A stretch of 64,000 nt of DNA from Desulfomicrobium sp. (GTDB lineage: Bacteria; Desulfobacterota; Desulfovibrionia; Desulfovibrionales; Desulfomicrobiaceae). Numbering within the stretch: position 1 is the stretch's first letter; every line of letters starts with the position of its first letter. Of the stretch, positions 61,796 through 64,000 are shown piece after piece. Where the stretch lies: assembly GCA_040768745.1 (NCBI GenBank), contig JAXGMI010000002.1:352001-416000 (forward strand), in the 5' to 3' direction. Under the pieces are notes generated by a model. That model worked only from the letters and a program-made list of their open reading frames with translations. It did no database searches and had not been told where the DNA came from. The translations under genes and the position numbers were made by a program.

Positions 61796-62989
61796 TTACT
61801 GACCATTGATCTCCACAACCTCGCCACCCTGTCCAGCCTCCAAGATGCTATCTGCAACAGACGCTGCACGCTTCAAGGCATCGTCTGCCAAGTGCGCGTA
61901 TCGCGCTGTCATGGCTGCGCTGCTGTGCGTGAGGAGACGTTGCAAGCTGTAGAGGTCAACCTGACCACTCGAAGCCAGCCAGGACGCGAAACAATGCCGC
62001 AGTCCGTGGCATGGTCGAAAATTTTTCGGTAGGCCTGCCTTGTCGCGAAGTCTCCGCCCCATGCGCTGAAAGTCCGCCCGCTGCCCCCCATCCTTACCTG
62101 GCCACACGAAAGGGCTACCTGTGCGGTAAATGCCTTTCAGCACCTCCACCGCCCCAGGCGACAAGGGAATGGATTGCGTCTTGCCGCTTTTGGCTGCCTT
62201 ACCACGCAGGACGAGGAAGGCGCGGTCAAGATCAACATCCTCCCAGCGCAGTGCTAAAAGTGCACTCCTGCGGATGCCGGTCAATAGCATGGTGCGAAAA
62301 TACGCAGCGGCATCTTGATCCAACTCTTCGTCTAATGCTTGGAAATATGCTCGGGCTTGCTGGGGGGTCATGTTCTCCGTGGACTCGTTGTCTACGGAAG
62401 GCATCTTGAACTTCAGATGGCCGGGACTTTGGATATGCCCAGCATCTGTCGCCCAACGCAAGATCCGCTTGAGCAGGGAGAGCACATGCTTGACCGTCTG
62501 GTCACTCAAGGGCTTACCCGTGGACCTATTCTTCGCCTTGGAGACGTCGCGCCGCAGGCGTTCTATGTCGAGAGTCACAAGCTCTTCGGGGATCTTGCCG
62601 GAAATTGAGGACGAAAGGATATGGGTATTAAAGATGCTGATCCAAGCCTTCAAGCTAGCCTGCGCTGAATGTGCGTCTTTGTAAGCGGCAAAAATGCGCT
62701 CTACGGTCCAGCGCCCGGCAGCGGCATCTTTCGCGGCCTGCTCCGCCGCCCGGCGCTCGTTGTTTGTGGGCTGTCGGCCCTCGATTCGCTCAGCCCTGAC
62801 CCGATTAGCCTTGGCCGAAGTCATTCCGTCACGGACGGAGCGCCCGACCTTCTCTTCCACCTGCACGAGCTTCCCGTCTTTGTTGGGCTTGCGGTAATAA
62901 ATATAGAATATTTTCTCAGGCTTACCAGAGGTGGACGTGGATTCCAGATAGACAACCCCAGGGTATTCAGTCTTAATCCTCTTTCCCAT
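61796..62989 (-). CDS. int: Tyrosine integrase
   Basis: TGIRR, AKSG, HGLRH, LTHS, RYAH; N-terminal arm-binding-like domain. Confidence 0.93.
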   Translation of the reverse strand: MGKRIKTEYPGVVYLESTSTSGKPEKIFYIYYRKPNKDGKLVQVEEKVGRSVRDGMTSAKANRVRAERIEGRQPTNNERRAAEQAAKDAAAGRWTVERIFAAYKDAHSAQASLKAWISIFNTHILSSSISGKIPEELVTLDIERLRRDVSKAKNRSTGKPLSDQTVKHVLSLLKRILRWATDAGHIQSPGHLKFKMPSVDNESTENMTPQQARAYFQALDEELDQDAAAYFRTMLLTGIRRSALLALRWEDVDLDRAFLVLRGKAAKSGKTQSIPLSPGAVEVLKGIYRTGSPFVWPGKDGGQRADFQRMGRRLRDKAGLPKNFRPCHGLRHCFASWLASSGQVDLYSLQRLLTHSSAAMTARYAHLADDALKRAASVADSILEAGQGGEVVEINGQ

Positions 62990-63059
62990 CTCCCAGCCTC
63001 CATTTCTCCCAGCATCATTCCCAGCACGCAAGGCCAGAATAGATAAAAAACGCTGGGAG
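62990..63059. repeat. TCCCAGC repeats, candidate integrase arm sites (right)
   Basis: Copies at 62991, 63007, 63019; inverted GCTGGGAG at 63052. Confidence 0.7.
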
Positions 63060-63141
63060 TCAAGAGGAAATTTATTTTTACAACATACTGAAAACTAAAT
63101 GATTAAAAGGATAAAATCTGAAACCATAAAAAAGATCATTC

Positions 63142-63191
63142 ATTGCCTTCTAAGCAATCGGTCGGGGGTTCGAGTCCTCCCTGGCGCGCCA
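63142..63191 (+). repeat. attR: duplicated 3' 50 bp of tRNA-Arg
   Basis: Exact match to 50830-50879; 5' part of the tRNA absent. Confidence 0.93.
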
Positions 63192-63200
63192 CAAGAAAAC

Positions 63201-63233
63201 AAGGGGTTGGATGTAAAAATCTAACCCCTTTTG
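63201..63233 (+). terminator. Hairpin after attR
   Basis: AAGGGGTTGGAT-gtaaaa-ATCTAACCCCTT followed by T-rich tail. Confidence 0.6.
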
Positions 63234-63344
63234 TATTTTCTAAATATGATGCCCCACCATCTGCCCCACCGCGTCCAATAAAAATGGCCGCCCACCATCC
63301 CGGCGAGCGGCCTTTATCGAATCACGCGGGAAGCGTGCGATTGC

Positions 63345-64000
63345 CTAAATCCTGGCCTGATACGTCGGACGCACTTTGCCGGGGAACGTGCCAGCCCTGG
63401 ACATTTTTTCCTGCGCCTCCATGCGTCGGCCAAGATCCAGCTTGGCGACGGTGGACAGAGGCTTTTCCATTGAAGATTCATGCCTGGATTCCTCGTATTG
63501 CAGGCGCACCGGCTCCAGCTCCAGGGAAGCATACTCGGCCACGGCATCCCACTTCACGAAACGCTCACAGGCGGTCATGATGGCGTCGCGCATCTTGCGC
63601 TTCTGCACCGGGTCTTCGTGCCCGTCCATGCGGGCCTTGAGGTTCGATGCCACGGCCAGCAGCACCGCAGGATGCCACGCACCGGCCAGCATGTTGATGA
63701 CGGAATCGTCGGGCATCCATGCGACGTTCGCCGCGACGATGGCGTGCCCGTGGTTCGCGTTGTCGGCCTGCTCCAGCGCCGCCGTGGCCAGGGCATAGAA
63801 GGAGTCTGCCAGGATCGCCCGCTGTTCCTGGAGCCATGCGACACCTTGGGCCAGCCTGATCTTGATTTCCGACATTTCGACGCTGAACTCTTTGAAGATT
63901 GCGGCTTTGCGCTCGTTGCGGGCGTTCTCGGTCAAGCCGGGGTCCAGCTTGGATTCCTTCATCTTGATGATACCGTGAATGTCCCGCAATCGCTGCACGT
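63345..64000 (-). CDS. Hypothetical helical protein, 5' end outside the window
   Basis: Open frame of at least 217 aa reaching the window edge. Confidence 0.55.
   Translation of the reverse strand, partial: VQRLRDIHGIIKMKESKLDPGLTENARNERKAAIFKEFSVEMSEIKIRLAQGVAWLQEQRAILADSFYALATAALEQADNANHGHAIVAANVAWMPDDSVINMLAGAWHPAVLLAVASNLKARMDGHEDPVQKRKMRDAIMTACERFVKWDAVAEYASLELEPVRLQYEESRHESSMEKPLSTVAKLDLGRRMEAQEKMSRAGTFPGKVRPTYQARI

Larger units (their letters stand above)
50830..63191. mobile_element. ~12.3 kb tRNA-Arg-integrated element (satellite-like island) carrying a type I R-M system
   Basis: Bounded by an exact 50-bp duplication of the tRNA 3' part; full-length tyrosine integrase near the right end. 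Confidence 0.92.

Noticed and set aside
63142..63191. Second tRNA-Arg gene
   Set aside because: Lacks the 5' acceptor strand and D-arm; it is the att duplication.

Overview
GC-rich chromosome segment of a sulfate-reducing deltaproteobacterium (Desulfovibrionales, Desulfomicrobium-like by gene content; inference). 0.3-50.6 kb is mostly core genome: uraA, an hdrCBA-flxDCBA electron-bifurcation operon, glnS, nifS/nifU, pfk, cobT, hemC, gmhA, livKHMGF, mucR, mazG, cmk, hisC, selA and folC. Two parts stand out. (1) At 9.6-16.6 kb, directly upstream of hdrC, is a compact locus encoding a signal-peptide-less arylsulfotransferase, a glutaredoxin/degenerate radical-SAM-barrel fusion, an orphan lipoyl carrier (GcvH-like) and dihydrolipoamide dehydrogenase, plus a Crp/Fnr regulator and a DASS anion transporter, with matching Crp-like boxes. 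This is a candidate lipoate-dependent sulfate-ester-to-sulfite pathway. (2) At 50.8-63.2 kb is a ~12.3 kb element integrated in tRNA-Arg(UCU) with a 50-bp att duplication. It has satellite-like organisation (integrase, Xis-like HTH, double-wHTH Rep, cos-like sequence, Ogr/Delta-like zinc finger, HGGxSTG protein), carries a complete type I R-M system and encodes an unannotated 49-aa, very acidic possible DNA mimic. An older integrase remnant and signs of a second tandem element past attR are also present. All calls come from reading motifs by eye; no database searches were run.
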